In this document: positions 13,631-26,637 of the stretch, piece after piece | Position numbering within the stretch: position 1 is the stretch's first letter | How the letters are laid out: each line of letters begins with the position of its first letter | NCBI GenBank assembly: GCA_951406725.2 | Contig: OX597818.1 | Location: 131,130,001-131,194,000, forward strand | Direction: 5' to 3' | Length of the DNA stretch: 64,000 nucleotides | Source: Octopus vulgaris | Taxonomy: Eukaryota | The notes under the pieces: model-generated | Databases searched by the model: none | Told to the model about the DNA's origin: nothing | The model's input: only the letters and a program-made list of their open reading frames with translations | Program-made: the position numbers and the translations under genes

Positions 13631-13668
13631 TTGTCCGATGAACGGCAACGCGAAACTCAGAGTAACAA
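13631..13668 (+). ncRNA. Type I hammerhead ribozyme motif (HHR-2, CCGAUGA variant)
   Basis: TTGT-CCGATGA-A-CG-GCAA-CG-C-GAAA-CTC a GAG-T-A(13664)-ACAA. Stem I is TTGT/ACAA. Confidence 0.7.
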
Positions 13669-13773
13669 GTTTTGTGGAATTTTCTGCTGCTTTAAATAAA
13701 GCATATTACTCTACCACTGGTATTTAAATACTCTTTTTTCCACCTTGTTTCACATTTATGTGTTTACTCCGGT

Positions 13774-13820
<47 letters not shown>

Positions 13821-13882
13821 AATATATACATATATATATATATAAATATATACATACATATATATATAAATATATACATATA

Positions 13883-14145
13883 TCATCATCATCATTTAGC
13901 GTCCGCTTTCCATGCTAGCATGGGTTGGACGGTTCAACTGGGGTCTGTGAAGCTGGAAGGCTTCATCAGGCCCAGTCAGATCTGGCAGTGTTTCTACGGC
14001 TGGATGCCCTTCCTAATGCCAACCACTCCGTGAGTGTAGTGGGTGCTTTTTACATGCCACCTGCACAGGTGCCAGACAGAGCTGGCAAACGGCAATGAAC
14101 GGACGGCGCTTTTACGTGTCACCAGCACGGGGCCAGGCGATGCTA
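13883..14145 (-). mobile_element. RTE LINE 3'UTR / family C with (GAT)n tail
   Basis: (CAT)n-TTAGCGTCCGCTTTCCATGCTAGCATGGGTTGGAC...GGATGCCCTTCCTAATGCCAACC. Confidence 0.8.
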
Positions 14146-14364
14146 TAATTATATATATTGTTCGAATTTACAGAAAACCAAAGATGAAGACAGATGAGGG
14201 AGCAACAGGCAGTTGCATTAGTTTGACACTCGGGAAGAATGGAAAAGTCTTTGATATTTTGAGCTTATGCTCTTCGACAGAAAGGATTGAGAGGAAAAAA
14301 CAAATGGAGTGAGAAAAAAACGTGTAGGGATTAATGGTTCAACATATGAGAGAGAGAGAGAGAA

Positions 14365-14435
<71 letters not shown>

Positions 14436-14924
14436 AGCTATAAATGATGAGGGGATATCAAAGTGAAGCAGGCACAAATTGTTAAGATGGAATGACACAA
14501 AACAGACAGTTAAGTTATCCATTATCCTAACATGGAATGCATTGACAAAGGCAATTTCTCTGTTGTTAGGTAATTCACAACTGCAGCAGTGTTCAAAAAG
14601 TATCCAATGATGTATGGAACATTAAGCATGACATAAAAACATAATAGGAACTGATAAATAAGTTATCTTGTATTGCTACAACTGTTTTGTTAAGAGTTTT
14701 TATTGTGACATAAGCATAGTACAGTCATGTATGCAATATGCATAACATCTATATGATTATGAATTGTGTAACATATTACATATTCTTACGGATATTGTGA
14801 ATAATGCCTGACTGTATTATCCATATGTTACAATAGAGATTCTCAACAAAATAATTGTAGCAATACCAGGTAACCATACATCTGTTTTCAGTACATATCT
14901 GTTGGTGAACTTGAAATATCTGAA

Positions 14925-15259
14925 AGGCATGGCTGTGTGGTAAGAAGCTGGCTCCCTAACCACATGGCTCAGGGTTCAGTCCCACTGTGTGACATCTTGG
15001 GCAAGTGTATTCTACTATAGGCTTGGGCAAGTGTATTCTACTATAGGCTTGGGCAAGTGTATTCTACTATAGGCTTGGGCAAGTGTATTCTACTATAGGC
15101 TTGGGCAAGTGTATTCTACTATAGGCTTGGGCAAGTGTATTCTACTATAGGCTTGGGCAAGTGTATTCTACTATAGGCTTGGGCAAGTGTATTCTACTAT
15201 AGGCTTGGGCCGATCAAAGCCCTGCGAGTGGATTTTGTAGACAGAAACTGAATGAAGCC

Positions 15260-15313
<54 letters not shown>

Positions 15314-15400
15314 ATGCGTGTATGTGTGCATGTGTGTGTGTGTCTCTGTCTGTCTGTATTTGTCCCATAGTCTAATGACTGAAACAAGTAAAAGATAAAA
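14925..15400 (+). mobile_element. SINE family B carrying an internal minisatellite
   Basis: Head GGCATGGCTGTGTGGTAAG, family-B body, (TG)n and tail GACTGAAACAAGTAAAAG. Confidence 0.85.
14996..15210. repeat. Perfect 26-bp minisatellite, 8 full copies plus 7 bp
   Basis: Unit CTTGGGCAAGTGTATTCTACTATAGG starting at 14996, 15022, ... 15178; no spacers. Confidence 0.95.
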
Positions 15401-15777
15401 AAAATGAACATGTGGTAGAATATTTCTAAACTCTGGAAAAAAAATTTCTCCCACACATTCTGTAATTCTTGCCAATTTACCATTCTTCGCAAATGCATAT
15501 ACAACTAATTTGGTGGAGATTTTCAAAACTGACATCATGTATGCAAACACACATATACTCACAAATGCATATATGATCAAATATAGATAAGCAATCAATT
15601 GGCAAAGTTGTTAAAGAGTCACATAGGATGCCTGCTGACATTTCTTCCAGCTCTCTATGCTCTGAGTTCAAAACCCAATGCACACACATACACAACAGGC
15701 TACTTTCAGTTCCTGTTTACCAAATCCACTCAACAGGCTTTGGTTACACTAGACACTTGCTCAAGATGCCACAGAGT

Positions 15778-16192
15778 CGGCGAGCTGGCAGAAACGTTAG
15801 CACAGCGGGCGAAATGCTTAGCAGTACTTGGTCTGCATTATGTTGTGAGTTCAAATTCCGCCGAGGTCGACTTTGCCTTTCATCCTTTCGGGGTCGATAA
15901 ATTAAGTACCAGTTACGCACTGGGGTCGATGTAATCGACTTAATACCTATGTCTGTCCTTGTTTGTCCCCTCTATGTTTAGCCCCTTGTGGGTAGTAAAG
16001 AAATAGGTATTTTGTCTGCGTTACGTTGTGAGTTCAAATTCCGCTGAGGTCGACTTTGCCTTTCATCCTTTCGGGGTCGATAAATTAAGTACCAGTTACG
16101 CACTGGGGTCGATGTAATCGACTTAATACCTATGTCTGTCCTTGTTTGTCCCCTCTGTGTTTAGCCCCTTGTGGGTAATAAAGAAATAGGTA
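15778..16192 (+). mobile_element. Young SINE family A, partial head-to-tail dimer
   Basis: Full copy to ~16008, followed by a near-identical 5'-truncated copy (TTACGTTGTGAGTTCAAATTCCG...GTGGGTAATAAAGAAATAGG). Confidence 0.9.
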
Positions 16193-16497
16193 TTAAACCT
16201 TAAAGCATGTGATTCAGAAAAAAAAAGAGCAAAACTTTTTAACTACACAGCAGTGCCTGCACCTGTAGTGTGTGTGTGTGTATGTGCATGCATAAAAGAT
16301 ACACTTAAAAAGACATACCCACATACAGAATGCACAGCTATTAAACAGCAATCTGTTGCATTCAAGCAAACGTTTTTAGAGATCAGTGCTCCTCCTGTAA
16401 CTAGTCACTCAGTTGTGATATACCAATGAAATGTGTCTGCCTGATATGTTGAGGAAAGGCTGAGCTACGTGGATGATGCACCTCATCCCAGGGGATA

Positions 16498-16729
16498 TGT
16501 TTCTTTATTACCCACAAGGGGCTAAACACAGAGGGGACAAACAAGGACAGACAAACGAATTAAGTCGATTACATCGACCCCAGTGCGTAACTGGTACTTA
16601 ATTTATTGACCCCGAAAGGATGAAAGGCAAAGTCGACCTCAGCGGAATTTGAACTCAGAACGTAACGGCAGACGAAATACAGCTACGCATTTCGCCCGGT
16701 GTGCTAACGGTTCTGCCAGCTCGCCACCT
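16498..16729 (-). mobile_element. Young SINE family A
   Basis: Full-length reverse complement; flanked by an imperfect direct repeat ATCCCAG-G-ATAT. Confidence 0.9.
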
Positions 16730-17094
16730 TATCCCAGAGTATATAGCACTATAGCTTTGATAAGGTTTGATCCCTCAGTTATATGATCAATAGAGTAACA
16801 CATTATCTTTTACAGTCCTTGCATGAAGCTGATCCCCCACCTATCCCAGAGGATGTAGTCCTTCAAATTGCATGGTGACCTCAATAGTAGGGGTGGCATG
16901 AAAAAGAGCACCTAGTCCATACTGTAAAGTGGTTGGTATTAGGAAGGGCACCCAGCCGTAAAATCCATACTGAAGCAGACATTGGTGCTAGATGCAGTCC
17001 TTTGACACATTGGATCCAACTATGCCAGTATGGAATATTGATGTAAAATGACGATGAAGTGTTTCATGAGGTTATTTGTTCAATATTTTAGCTT

Positions 17095-17567
17095 TAGAAA
17101 TTTGGAAAGAAAGTGCTGATCTGCAATCGTGGAGGGAACGTGTGCAAGGGGCAGACCCATAAAAAGACAGGATGGAGTGGTGAGACAGGATCTGCAGACA
17201 TTGGGCCTCACATAGGACTGCTGGTGGTTGCTGTGTTTGAGAAGACAAGCCAAGCTAAGTAAAATCACGGCTGTCCATGTATTCTTCTCTCAGCCAAGAG
17301 ACCCTAGTCTTGTGGGCTCATGGATGTTGGTGCCATTTAAAAGTACCCATACCTGTGTCATGTAAAAGCACCTGTGCAAGTAGCATATAAAAAGCACCCA
17401 GCATACTCTGTAAAATGGTTGGTGCTAAGAAGGGCATCCAGCCATAGGAACCATGCCAAAACAGATAAATGGAGCCTGGGCAATTCTTAAACTGGCCAGC
17501 TCTTGTCAAACCGTCCAACCCATGCCAGCATGGAAAATGGACATTTAAAGACGATGATGATGATGAT
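17095..17567 (+). mobile_element. RTE-clade LINE 3' end: decayed ORF end plus family C 3'UTR
   Basis: Translates as VEGTCARGRPIKRQDGVVRQDLQTLGL (RTE C-terminal GRP motif) and runs into the family-C tail ending (GAT)n. Confidence 0.7.
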
Positions 17568-18033
17568 ATGTTAGAGATAAGAAGTGAGAAGGAAAAGAAA
17601 GAAAAGAAGGTAGAAACACAGAGCAAGGACAAGGTGTGGTGGAGGAGTATTACATTTTATACATATGAGTCTTGCAGTTCAAATTGTATTACTTACATTT
17701 CTATAAAGTAGCTATGGTGACCATTGTAGCAGAACAAACTTGTCTAACACATGATGGTGAATATCAAGACAAATATTCAATGCATTGATGATAATGGTAA
17801 AGATGAAGATGAGGACGATGGTGATGAATTAATGTTTACATAAGCATCTTTGCATATGTATAAATGCAGATATGTGTATGAATATATGTTTCTGCATGTG
17901 TATGCATGTATGTATGTATTATGTATGTATGCATGTATGCATGTGCGTGCATGCATTTGTGTATATAAATATACATATTTATATATATGTGTGTACGTGT
18001 CTGTACATTTATATATATAGATATATATGATCA

Positions 18034-18072
<39 letters not shown>

Positions 18073-18222
18073 TTATATATATATGTTATGTCCACTTTTC
18101 TATGCTGACATGTGTCGGATGGCTTGTCATAGTCAGAGTCAGTTTTTATTCAGAGTTACTGCCCTCTTAGACAGGTCAGGAACCACAGCTCTCTTGTAGG
18201 TTGCACAAACACACATAAATAT

Positions 18223-18260
<38 letters not shown>

Positions 18261-19289
18261 TCATATTTAGGTTTGTATACATACATACATATATATATAC
18301 ACACGCACACACATTTGTGTTTAGGCATGTATGTACGCATATATATATATATATTTGCATAGACACACACACACACACAAACACGCATTTTCACATGCTC
18401 TCACGTATATTTTGAACTCCTTTGACAACCATATTCAGTGTACAGTGAAATGTAAAAACATCCTTCATAACAAATTTTGATCACTCCTATTTTCATTTCT
18501 TACCATTCTTTCAAGGAACTACAAACATCCTTTCACTGATCCATCAAACACAATATCTATGCATATCTGTTAAGGGTTAATGTAAAAAGCTGCTGCATTC
18601 TCTCTGCTCTCTCTCTCTCTCTCTTTCTCTTTCTCTCTCTTGCTTTCTTTCTCTCATATGATATACACTATGGGAAATTAGAGTGCCATTATACAATATG
18701 TAATGGCATCTTCATTACTTACACACCGTACTGTAATATAATATGGCAGATTTAGTGACAAGCTAGTTTCCATGCTGAATAACTAGCTAGCTGGCCTCCT
18801 ATCATTCTCTCAATCAGTTTATGCTCTCTATGAATCAATCAATACCTATCTGGACTATTGACCCAAACAACACATTCAACCAGAAACCAATGGTAGAAGG
18901 AAACGTTCAATGGTATTTTCCTCTAAGAAAGAAGTAATGCTTCGACAATGTATTCCCTGAGGAGGTGTAATAAAGCAGAAACATGTCCAGAGTGCTGCTA
19001 TACTACTACATATCAGGTTGATTTCCAACGACATTTTATATATAATTTATCTTAATTTAAATTAAAATTTTATGGTTGTTTCCCTTGCCTTTTTTTTTTT
19101 TATCATCATTATGGGTGTGATTTTTAATTAGTTAAGATACCTTGATTTATTTCCTGAATTATGCTGGTACTCCACTTTGCTATTTATTTTTCTTACTGTA
19201 GAAGAACCCTGTGTTTTTATTTTTTTAGTGTCCACCAGTCATTCTTTAAAATTATTCCACTTCATTGTTTCAATTAAGATACACAGGAA

Positions 19290-19509
19290 CCCATTCTGGC
19301 ATCATGTAACAGTGCCCATGCTGGAGCCACATAAAAAAAAACACCCAGCACACTTTGTAAAGTGGCTGGTGTTAGGAAGGGCACCCAGTTGTAAGAAACC
19401 AAGCCAGATCAGACTGGAACCTGGTGCAGCCCTCCTGCTTCCCAGCTCTGGTCAAACCATCTTACCCATGCCAGCACTGAAAACAGATGTTAAATGATGA
19501 TGATGATGT

Positions 19510-19548
<39 letters not shown>

Positions 19549-19560
19549 CAACGATGATGA
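19290..19560 (+). mobile_element. Family C (RTE 3'UTR) copy
   Basis: GTTAGGAAGGGCACCCAG...CCCATGCCAGC...GTTAAA(TGA)n. Confidence 0.75.
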
Positions 19561-21780
19561 GGAAAACAGATTTCATGATCCTAAGGTCATGGGTTTCTGG
19601 ACTGAGGAGCATGTTGTATCCTTGCGCAAAGCACATCATTTCAATGTTAGTCCAGTCCACTAAGCTGAAAAGGAGTCGCAGCCAAATATTGGGTACAGCT
19701 CTTTTTCTCTCCAGTTGTCACATTCTTAATGTTCTGTTGCATCAAGGATAGGAGCTCTGCGATAGTAACTATGTCTACTCATGACAACACAGTTGCCTAA
19801 AAACAATCAGTGAAATACATGATATAAGCAACCAGGTTATACTCACTTGTGAGTGATGGCAAATCTCTGCTTTTTTTTTAACAAGAGATCACACTCTGCC
19901 ATGAGTATCGCATATTTCTGGTGAAAGTCTCTGATTGTGAACCTATTCAGACACTTCTCTGAAAAGCAATTCCTTGAAATAGCATGACAGTGGTGGTAGT
20001 GGCAATGATGGTAGTGGTGGTAGTGGTGGTAGTGGTTGTGGCAGCGATGATTGTGGTGGTAGTGATGGTGGTGGTGGCAGTGGTGATTGTGATGGTGGTG
20101 GTCATTGTTATGGTCATAGTGGTCATGGTAGGGGTGGCAGTGGCAGTGGTGGTATGGAAAGCGTTTTTGTTTTGTGTTTTTAAAATTCTGTAAGAAATGC
20201 CATCCATACTTCAGTTCCTGATACAGAAACTCAGAGTAGCTGTTAAGTATTCCTCAGTCAGCATTTTACCAAACCCATAGGTGCAGGAGTGGCTTCTTAC
20301 CACACAGCCATTTTTGTGCCTATATACATTTTATTCTATAAACAATTTGTCCCACAAACATCTTTGTCAAATAAATTACCTTATAAACATTTTATCCTAT
20401 TTACGTTTTCTCTTAGAAACATCTTATCTCTTTAATGTTATGTTCTATAAACAGTGTATCCTCTAAACATTTTGTCCTATAATGTTGATGTCATAAGAAT
20501 TTATAAACATTCAACTCGCTTATGGAAAACATCTTCCAGGCCAGATTCCCAAAGTGGAAGTAATGCTGGTACTGCTACTGGTGTAGTGCTGTGCAAGGTG
20601 ACTATTTCAAAGGGAATGATGTTAAAACTTAGGTAAATAAGTTATTTTTTTATCAAACATAACTAGTCTGGGAACCTTTTGATACCACCTTGTAAAGCTA
20701 TGAATGATAGCAAGAAACTACTGGCTGCAAATTTTAGTGCAAGGCCAGCAAGTTCAAGGAAGTGGGTAAGCCAATTACATTGACCCCAGGACTCAACTGG
20801 TACTCGTTTTATCAACCCCAAAAGGATGAAAGGCAAAGTGGACCTTAGTGAAATTTGAACCAAGAATGTAATGATGGCCAAACTGCTGCCAAGCATTTTG
20901 TCCAGGAATAGCATATAGATATTGGGATGAAAGCCCTTTTGGATAGAAAAAGTTAAACACCACCCATGTTTTTATTAATACCTTTATATGTACATCAAGA
21001 TCCAATTTCAAACAAAGAATTTTTTATGTATATTTTGTCCCCAAAATATTTTTATCCTAAAACTATTTTGTTCAAAAAATATTTTATACTATAGAAATTT
21101 TGTTCTATAAATAATTTCTCCTGTATCTATTTTGTCTAAGCATTTAGCTCTATAAGTATTTTGTACAGCAAAAATTTGTTCTATAAAAATTTTGTCCCAA
21201 ACTATCACCAGCAATATAAAATAATTCTTTTACAACATATTAGAGGAAGAAAACAATTTTTTACTTGGTAGCCTTTTTGTCTAATTAGCTCTCAGCAATT
21301 ACAATGCTCTCAATTATCAGATGAAACTTGTAATCTATATCCAGCTATCCTATATTATTTCAATAAATAAATATCTGTACCAAACTTGTTTCTAATCTTT
21401 TAATTAAATAGACTCTAAAGGTTCATTGCTTAGCCTTTCTATATAAACTTAGGAAGAGCAAAGCAAAGTGTGTTGGGAAGGTGGAGGCAAAGAAAAGCAA
21501 ATAGTGAAGAAATTAATTTTAGTTTTCAGTAAATATATTCTAATCTTGGCATCAGATATGACACCAGTTTTGACAATCAAGAATAAATGTTTTCCTTTGC
21601 ACTCAGCTTTCATAGGTGGCGCATATTGTATGATGCTATGATGTTTGCCAAGACAACTTGAATGATGTCAGTTGACAAAGAGAATAACAATAAATTATTT
21701 GAAAACAGTTTCCAAAGCAAAAAAAGAAAAAAGAAAAAAAGAACAACCAAGATTACAAACTCTGGACATTTTTTAATAAT

Positions 21781-21849
<69 letters not shown>

Positions 21850-21863
21850 ACAGCAACAATAAC

Positions 21864-21931
<68 letters not shown>

Positions 21932-21990
21932 TAATAATAACAACAACAACAGCAACAACATCAACAGCAATAGCAGTGATGATAATAGTA
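21781..21990. repeat. (GTA)n-(AAT)n-(CAA)n compound microsatellite
   Basis: Seen directly. Confidence 0.95.
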
Positions 21991-22409
21991 AGAAGAATAG
22001 TAATTATATATCAACAAGAAAACTGTGAACTTATCTTTAAGATGGAGGAAGGTTATCTCAGAGACTCTGACAGTCTACTGATTGTAACCTTAAATTGATT
22101 AATAAATTCTAAACAATATACATCACAGTAACTTTTGAAGCAATATTTTGAAAGACCTTTGTCAGAAAAAGTAACTTATACACAGATATGAGTTTAGTAT
22201 CAAATGGGGTGAGAGTTAAATGCCCTGCATTGTTTTATCATACTTTTGAGATTGACAAAGATGCTTGCATGTGAAATACTAACATTTGTGTCTTGTTCTG
22301 AACCACCTTATACTAACTAATCCAATTGATCCATCTACTTATACATACATGCATGCATACATACACTGAAAACTTCATTTAATTTTTTTTTTTGGTTTTG
22401 CCATATAGA

Positions 22410-22778
22410 TGCAGGCATTGTTGTGGGGTAAGAAGTTTGTCTCCCAAACACATGGGGCTGGGTTCAATCTCACTGCATGGCAGCTTAGGCAAGTGTTTTC
22501 TAGCCAGGTCCAACCAAAGTCTTTTGTAAGTGGATTTGGTAGATGAAAACTGAAAGCAGCCTGTTGTTTTTATCTGTGTATGTCTTTGTGTTTGTGTCCT
22601 GCTCCACACAGCTTGACAACCAATGTTGGTTTGTTTACATCCCCATAACTTAGCAGTTTGGCGAAAGTGACCAACAGATTAAATACTGGGGTCAATTCGT
22701 TGGATTAAAAACAAAACCTTAAAAGTAGTACCCCAGCATGGCCACAGCCCAATGACTGAGGCAAGTAAAAATAAAACA
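22410..22778 (+). mobile_element. SINE family B (old copy)
   Basis: Diverged match across the whole family-B sequence. Confidence 0.8.
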
Positions 22779-22895
22779 TAAAAGTAAAAATTGAAGCATA
22801 AAAAAATTCTTTGGGTTAATCTATGAAATGAGACATTGTGTTAATGAGAAGCAGAAATATGACTAATGATAGGCTGGGCTAAAATATATCTTCAG

Positions 22896-23272
22896 CACAT
22901 GGTTCCGGGTTCAGTCCCACTGCGTGGCACCTTCGGCAAGTGTCTTCTACTATAGCCTCGGGCCGACCAAAGCCTTGTGAGTGGATTTGGTAGATGGAAA
23001 CGGAAAGAAGCCCATCGTATATGTGTATATATATATATGTGTGTGTGTATAAGTTTGTGTGTCTGTGTTTGTCCCCCTAGCATTGCTTGACAACCGATGC
23101 TGGTGTGTTTATGTCCCCGTCACTTAACGGTTCGGCAAAAGAGACCGATAGAATAAGTACTGGGCTTACAAAGAATAAGTCCCGGGGTCGAGTTGCTCGA
23201 CTAAAGGCGGTGCTCCAGCATGGCTGCAATCAAATGACTGAAACAAGTAAAAGAGTAAAAGAGAGTAAAGAG
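22896..23272 (+). mobile_element. SINE family B (young, 5'-truncated) between ~117-bp direct repeats
   Basis: Nearly identical to 53664-54056; flanks 22779-22895 and 23273-23389 are direct repeats. Confidence 0.9.
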
Positions 23273-26200
23273 TAAAAGTAAAAATTGAAGCATAAAAAAT
23301 TGTTGGAATTAATCTATGAAATGAGACATTGTGTTAACGAGGAGCAGAAATATGACTAATGATAGGCTGGGGCTAAAATATATTTTCAGTTTATAACTTC
23401 TTTCTAATTATCATAAAAAATCAACAGAACTGGGACTAATTAATGCACACATTTAAAAAGACACGTGCTTGGTTGAGATTGTATAAGAAAGTGTGGATAA
23501 TAAAGCCAGATGAGAGCATCTTTGGCCTTGTAAGTTACTTGGCAACTCTACTGGTGCTGGTGCTGTGTAAAAAACAGCAGTGTTGATGGCACATAAAATG
23601 AACCCAATATACTTTGTAATGTGGTTGGCATTAGGAATGGCATCCAGCTATAGAAATTATGCCAAAGCAAGCAAGTAATGGAACTCGATGCAATTTTCTG
23701 GCTTGCCAACTCCTGTCAATTCATTCAGTCCATGCCAGCATGGAAACGGGCATTAACTGATGATGACGATGATGATGTTAGATTCTGTTTTATCAAAATA
23801 TTCTGCAGTTATTTTATATTTTATATTTTTGTTGTAAAACATAGGATAGGAGCATTTTAAAATTACAAATTGGTGGAAGGGGGAATGAATCTATAAACAT
23901 CTAAAATTCAACAGCATAGGCAGGGCAGTGTAGTTTGTGGTTTAGTTTCTTTTTTTTGTTAAGCATGGTACTTAGTCTATCAGTCTCTTTTGCTGAACTG
24001 TTAAGTTACAAGGACATAAACACACCAACATCAGTTGTCAAGCAGATAGATATACAATGGGCTTCTTCTAGTTTCTGTCTACCAAATCCACTCACAAGGC
24101 TTCGGCTGGTCTGAGGCTATAGTAGACATTTGTCCAAGGTGCTATGTGCCATGCAGTGGGACTGATCCCAGAACCATGTAGTTGGGAAGCAAGCTTCTTA
24201 CCACAAAGCAACGTCTGCTTATAATATTTGAGTACTTGAAGAAAGGATCATGTCCAGGATGAAGCACTAAAGAGCTGCTTTATGCTTTTGATATGATATA
24301 GCTTTAAGGAAACAGTTAACTCATACAGAGTTCCTAAGGATTACCTAACAAGAGCAATACCGATACTTGATTTGGTACAGGTGAAAAGATACAGGTGTTT
24401 TTCAAATATTTACAATATTGTAAATATTTAATGGTCAGTGCTTCAATTATAAGACTACTAAGGAATGGTCCCAGAAATTATAATTGTTGTTGTATTCGAG
24501 AAAACTGAATCAACGAAATTCAGAAGAACGCCAACATAGAAAAAAGCTTTCAATTAAGTTTTTTTTTTTAAGTGTGTCGCATTATGATTTTCACAGAAGA
24601 GTTTCTTTAAATGTGAATGAATGAATGAAAGAAGGAAAGAAGGAAATAAAACCAAGGAGAGAAGAACGAAGAAATGAGAAAAAAGAAAAAAGAAAAAGAA
24701 AAAGAAAGAAAGAAAGAGAAGAATCAAGAAAGAAAGAAAGACGTAAAGAAAGAAAGAAATTAAAATAAAAGTGGAAAAGACAAATGAAAACAAATAAAAG
24801 GCTGTGGTCACCATAGCAACTAATCTAAGAATGTTTATCTTGAGATTAGAATAAAATTGATGAATTGTAAAGATTATCATAAAATAAATCTACCCCATAA
24901 GCTCTTAATTACAGTAGAACTAAAACTGAGCAAGCACGTGTATGTGTGTGTGTATGTATTTATGTATTGATATAGATTAGTAAGGAATTTGCTGCTTAAA
25001 CTGCTGCTGGTGCCATGAAATCTATGAGGGTGGGAAGAAAGTGAGAGCGGAGGAAAGCTTCTTAGATGAACCGGTATCTTGAAAACCCATTGAAATGTGC
25101 TATTTTGTTTGTATAGAGATGTTCTTTGTTGTTATTACTTCATGCTTTAACTTGAACAATCTTGTCCACTGGCACCAACAGCCTAAATTAATTAACACGG
25201 AAATACTGTTAAGTGGACAAAGCTGTAGTAGTGAATTGGAAGAGTTATTAGTGGGTTGGATAGGATAGCCATGCAGTTTTTGTTCCAGCTCTCTGCTGTC
25301 TGAGTTCAAATCCTGCTGAGATCAACTTTGCCTTTCATCTTTTTAGGGTTGAATAAAAAGCATCAATTCAAGGCAGAGAATTTGGCAGAACTATCAGACT
25401 CTCAGAAAAGAAACCTTGTAGTATTTGTTCTGGATTTTTGCATTCTGATGACAGCAATGTTTGCAATGATACAGCTGTCGAGTTGAATCCAACCCTAAGG
25501 TGGTGGCCTCTACATCGGACAACATTGTTGGCATAGAGAGAAAAAGTACTTGCATGCATGAGCAACTACTAGCTCACCCTCAAAATAGCTTGCCCTTGCT
25601 GAGGCCTGTACAAACAGTCAAAACTGATGATGGAGGTCCTGCATGGACAATATTGTAACTTACAACCTAGGAAAATATTCAGAAGTTTTACTTATATGGA
25701 AGAGCCTACATTTGAAGGTTAACCATGCATGTGCATGCACAAGACTGGACAAAATTGCCAGTTCAAGCAAGTATCTGCTCTCTAAACCATCAAATGCCAT
25801 CCGCTGCATTAGGGCCAAAGCAGCTTGGCACCAGTATTGTTGCAGGTATTACTGTCAGAATAATAAAGGGCCAGAATAGGTACCACAAGGAAACGCATCT
25901 AACCCCCTAACAATACCATCAATTCACTATCTTGAATTGGTACTACTTTACTGACTTCCTACCACAATTAAGGAAAGGCAAAGCTGACCTTTGTGGAATC
26001 TGAACTGTCTGCGACTAGCACTATTCGCTGGTGCCAGTAACAGTAAAATTGATGCAAGCTTTATTCATTTATTGCACTGGATTCAAAATCCTTCCATCGG
26101 CATGATCAAAAATGGAATTTCATCTCATTCTTAATCAGTGATGCAAATGAAGAGAAAAAGCTGTGCTTGGATAACATTTAAGCTCATGATGGGAAGGGTC

Positions 26201-26408
26201 TATATTTTACTTGTTTCAGTCATTAGACTTGAAGAATTTTCAGTTGAATGAATCAACCCTAGTACTTACTTTTTGTTAAGCCTGGTACTTATTTTACTGG
26301 TCTCTTTGCTAAACCTCTAAGTTGCAGGGACATAAACACACCAACTCCAGTTGTCAAGCAGTACTAGGAGACTGGCAGTACTAGGAGACAAGCAGTACTA
26401 GGAGACTA

Positions 26409-26637
26409 TGGTGAGCTGGCAGAAACGTTAGCATGCCGGGCGAAATGCTTAGCGTATTTCGTCTGCGTTACATTGTGAGTTCAAATTCCGCCGAGGTCGA
26501 CTTTGCCTTTCATCCTTTCGGGGTCGATAAATTAAGTACCAGTTACGAACTGGGATCGATATAATCGACTTAATACCTATGTCTGTCCTTGTTTGTCCGC
26601 TCTGTGTTTAGCCCCTTTGTGGGTAATAAAGAAATAA
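26409..26637 (+). mobile_element. SINE family A nested in a family B copy, with TSD
   Basis: AGTACTAGGAGAC on both sides (three times on the left). Confidence 0.9.

Noticed and set aside
14996-15210. CRISPR-like array
   Set aside because: Units are contiguous with no spacers, derive from SINE sequence, and no cas genes are present in this eukaryotic DNA.
18955-18990. Hammerhead (CTGAGGA...GAAACATGTC)
   Set aside because: Stem II is weak and stem I absent; at best a decayed relic.
25441-25484. Hammerhead (CTGATGA...GATACAGCTGTC)
   Set aside because: GAAA mutated to GATA and stem I poor; probable fossil, not counted.
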